From Zancudomyces culisetae HAW-14-8 (lineage: Eukaryota; Fungi; Kickxellomycota): DNA of 64,000 nucleotides. Shown one piece after another: positions 63,108 to 64,000 of this stretch. The notes below the pieces were generated by a model. The model ran no database searches and was not told the DNA's origin. It saw only the letters and a list, made by a program, of their open reading frames with translations. The first letter of the stretch is position 1, and the number at the start of each line of letters is the position of its first letter. The stretch is from assembly GCA_052426225.1 (NCBI GenBank), contig JBNJNM010000008.1:248001-312000 (forward strand), read 5' to 3'. Position numbers and translations under genes: made by a program.

Positions 63108-64000
63108 TCAAAACATACTTGATTTTATTCGTATTTTTTTGTCTTTGATTTTTTCATTTTCTTTAATTCTAAAGTATATTTCATGTCCAAATATTTCTAC
63201 CATTTCCTTTTCCTCTTCTTCTCCTTCTCCTTCTCCTTCTCCTTCTCCTTCTTGTTCTTGTTCTTGTTCTTGTCTTTGAGCATGAATATCTTTACAGTTA
63301 TACACTATATAATCAACTATAATCTGCGTAATTGTTTCCTTAATCCTCTCATACAACGTACTATATTTCCCTTTTCCTCCTCCTCCTCCTCCTCCTCTTC
63401 CTCCTAAATGATTCTGATTCTGATTAATACTAAGCTTAATAAGCATCATAATACTCTTAATATTTGGAACCAACAAGTGTCGAATAATCTGTGCCTCCCT
63501 AAGCCCTTCTACCCCCTTCAATGCACCATATATTCGAATCGCCGCCTGGCTATTGGTTGGATCCATCAATACTCGAATGTATGTCTTGGCTATTCTGCTC
63601 TGCAGTGTATGATATGTTTTTCCGTACTTTCGGCTAATTGTTCCTATAAGTTCTGCCGCTTTATCTCTAACCTTTATATCGTATTCTTCCTGACTTTCTT
63701 TTCTCTTTTCCTCTGTTTCCATCTCTTTTTCTGTTTCCATCTTTTTTTCTGTTTCCATCTTTTTTTCTGTTTCTTTTTCTGTTTCTTTTCCCACGATTTC
63801 CTGCTCCTTTTTCTCTGTTTCCATTTCTGTAATATTTTCCATCTCCATCTCCATTTCTGTTGTTTCTTTTTCTTTTTCTTTCTCCTTTTCTATTTCTTTT
63901 TCTTTTTGTTCTTCTTGTTCCTCAACCCTTTCTTTCTCTCCAACAATTATACCATTGCTATTCACATGACCTCCATTACTTAGTAAAATTGTCATCAAGC
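63108..64000 (-). CDS. TAF6: TFIID subunit TAF6, C-terminal HEAT region (partial)
   Basis: VRDKAAELIGTISRKYGKTYHTLQSRIAKTYIRVLMDP...YGALKGVEGL matches the TAF6 C-terminal pattern, with large Glu/Lys-rich insertions. The 5' part lies beyond the window. Confidence 0.8.
   Translation of the reverse strand, partial: LMTILLSNGGHVNSNGIIVGEKERVEEQEEQKEKEIEKEKEKEKETTEMEMEMENITEMETEKKEQEIVGKETEKETEKKMETEKKMETEKEMETEEKRKESQEEYDIKVRDKAAELIGTISRKYGKTYHTLQSRIAKTYIRVLMDPTNSQAAIRIYGALKGVEGLREAQIIRHLLVPNIKSIMMLIKLSINQNQNHLGGRGGGGGGGKGKYSTLYERIKETITQIIVDYIVYNCKDIHAQRQEQEQEQEGEGEGEGEGEEEEKEMVEIFGHEIYFRIKENEKIKDKKIRIKSSMF

Noticed and set aside
1-64000. tRNA, rRNA, CRISPR arrays or prokaryotic operons
   Set aside because: The GTTCGA words inspected lack cloverleaf context, no repeat-spacer array was seen, and gene structure is eukaryotic throughout.

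Overview
AT-rich eukaryotic DNA with short GT-AG introns and CTAAT/CTAAC-like branch sites. It looks fungal, and an early-diverging lineage such as Zoopagomycota/Harpellales is plausible, but that assignment is inference only. About 27 protein genes can be supported. Housekeeping genes: LSM5, SF3B6/p14, eIF4A-III/FAL1, PDI, a Yip1-domain protein, carnitine acetyltransferase, RPS16, an MFS transporter, a VPS17-like PX-BAR protein, a DnaJ, DUS4, BRX1, a Ctr copper transporter, a HAL-type kinase, ERB1, mL44 and a partial TAF6. The window also holds a U5 snRNA gene (about 48687-48817) and a young, 5'-truncated non-LTR retrotransposon with poly(A) tail and a perfect 16-bp target-site duplication. 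The most novel signal is a dispersed family of three small secreted precursors (9209-9667, 24601-24813, 34059-34304). They share the motif [ML]-D-N-Q-[ED]-x-x-K-[IV]-x-V, with D exactly 24 residues from the C-terminus in all three, followed by a hypervariable hydrophobic tail. A second orphan family of two two-TM membrane proteins (31649-32125 and spliced 38474-38952) brackets the third peptide gene, and an orphan 7TM receptor-like gene lies at 50486-51484.
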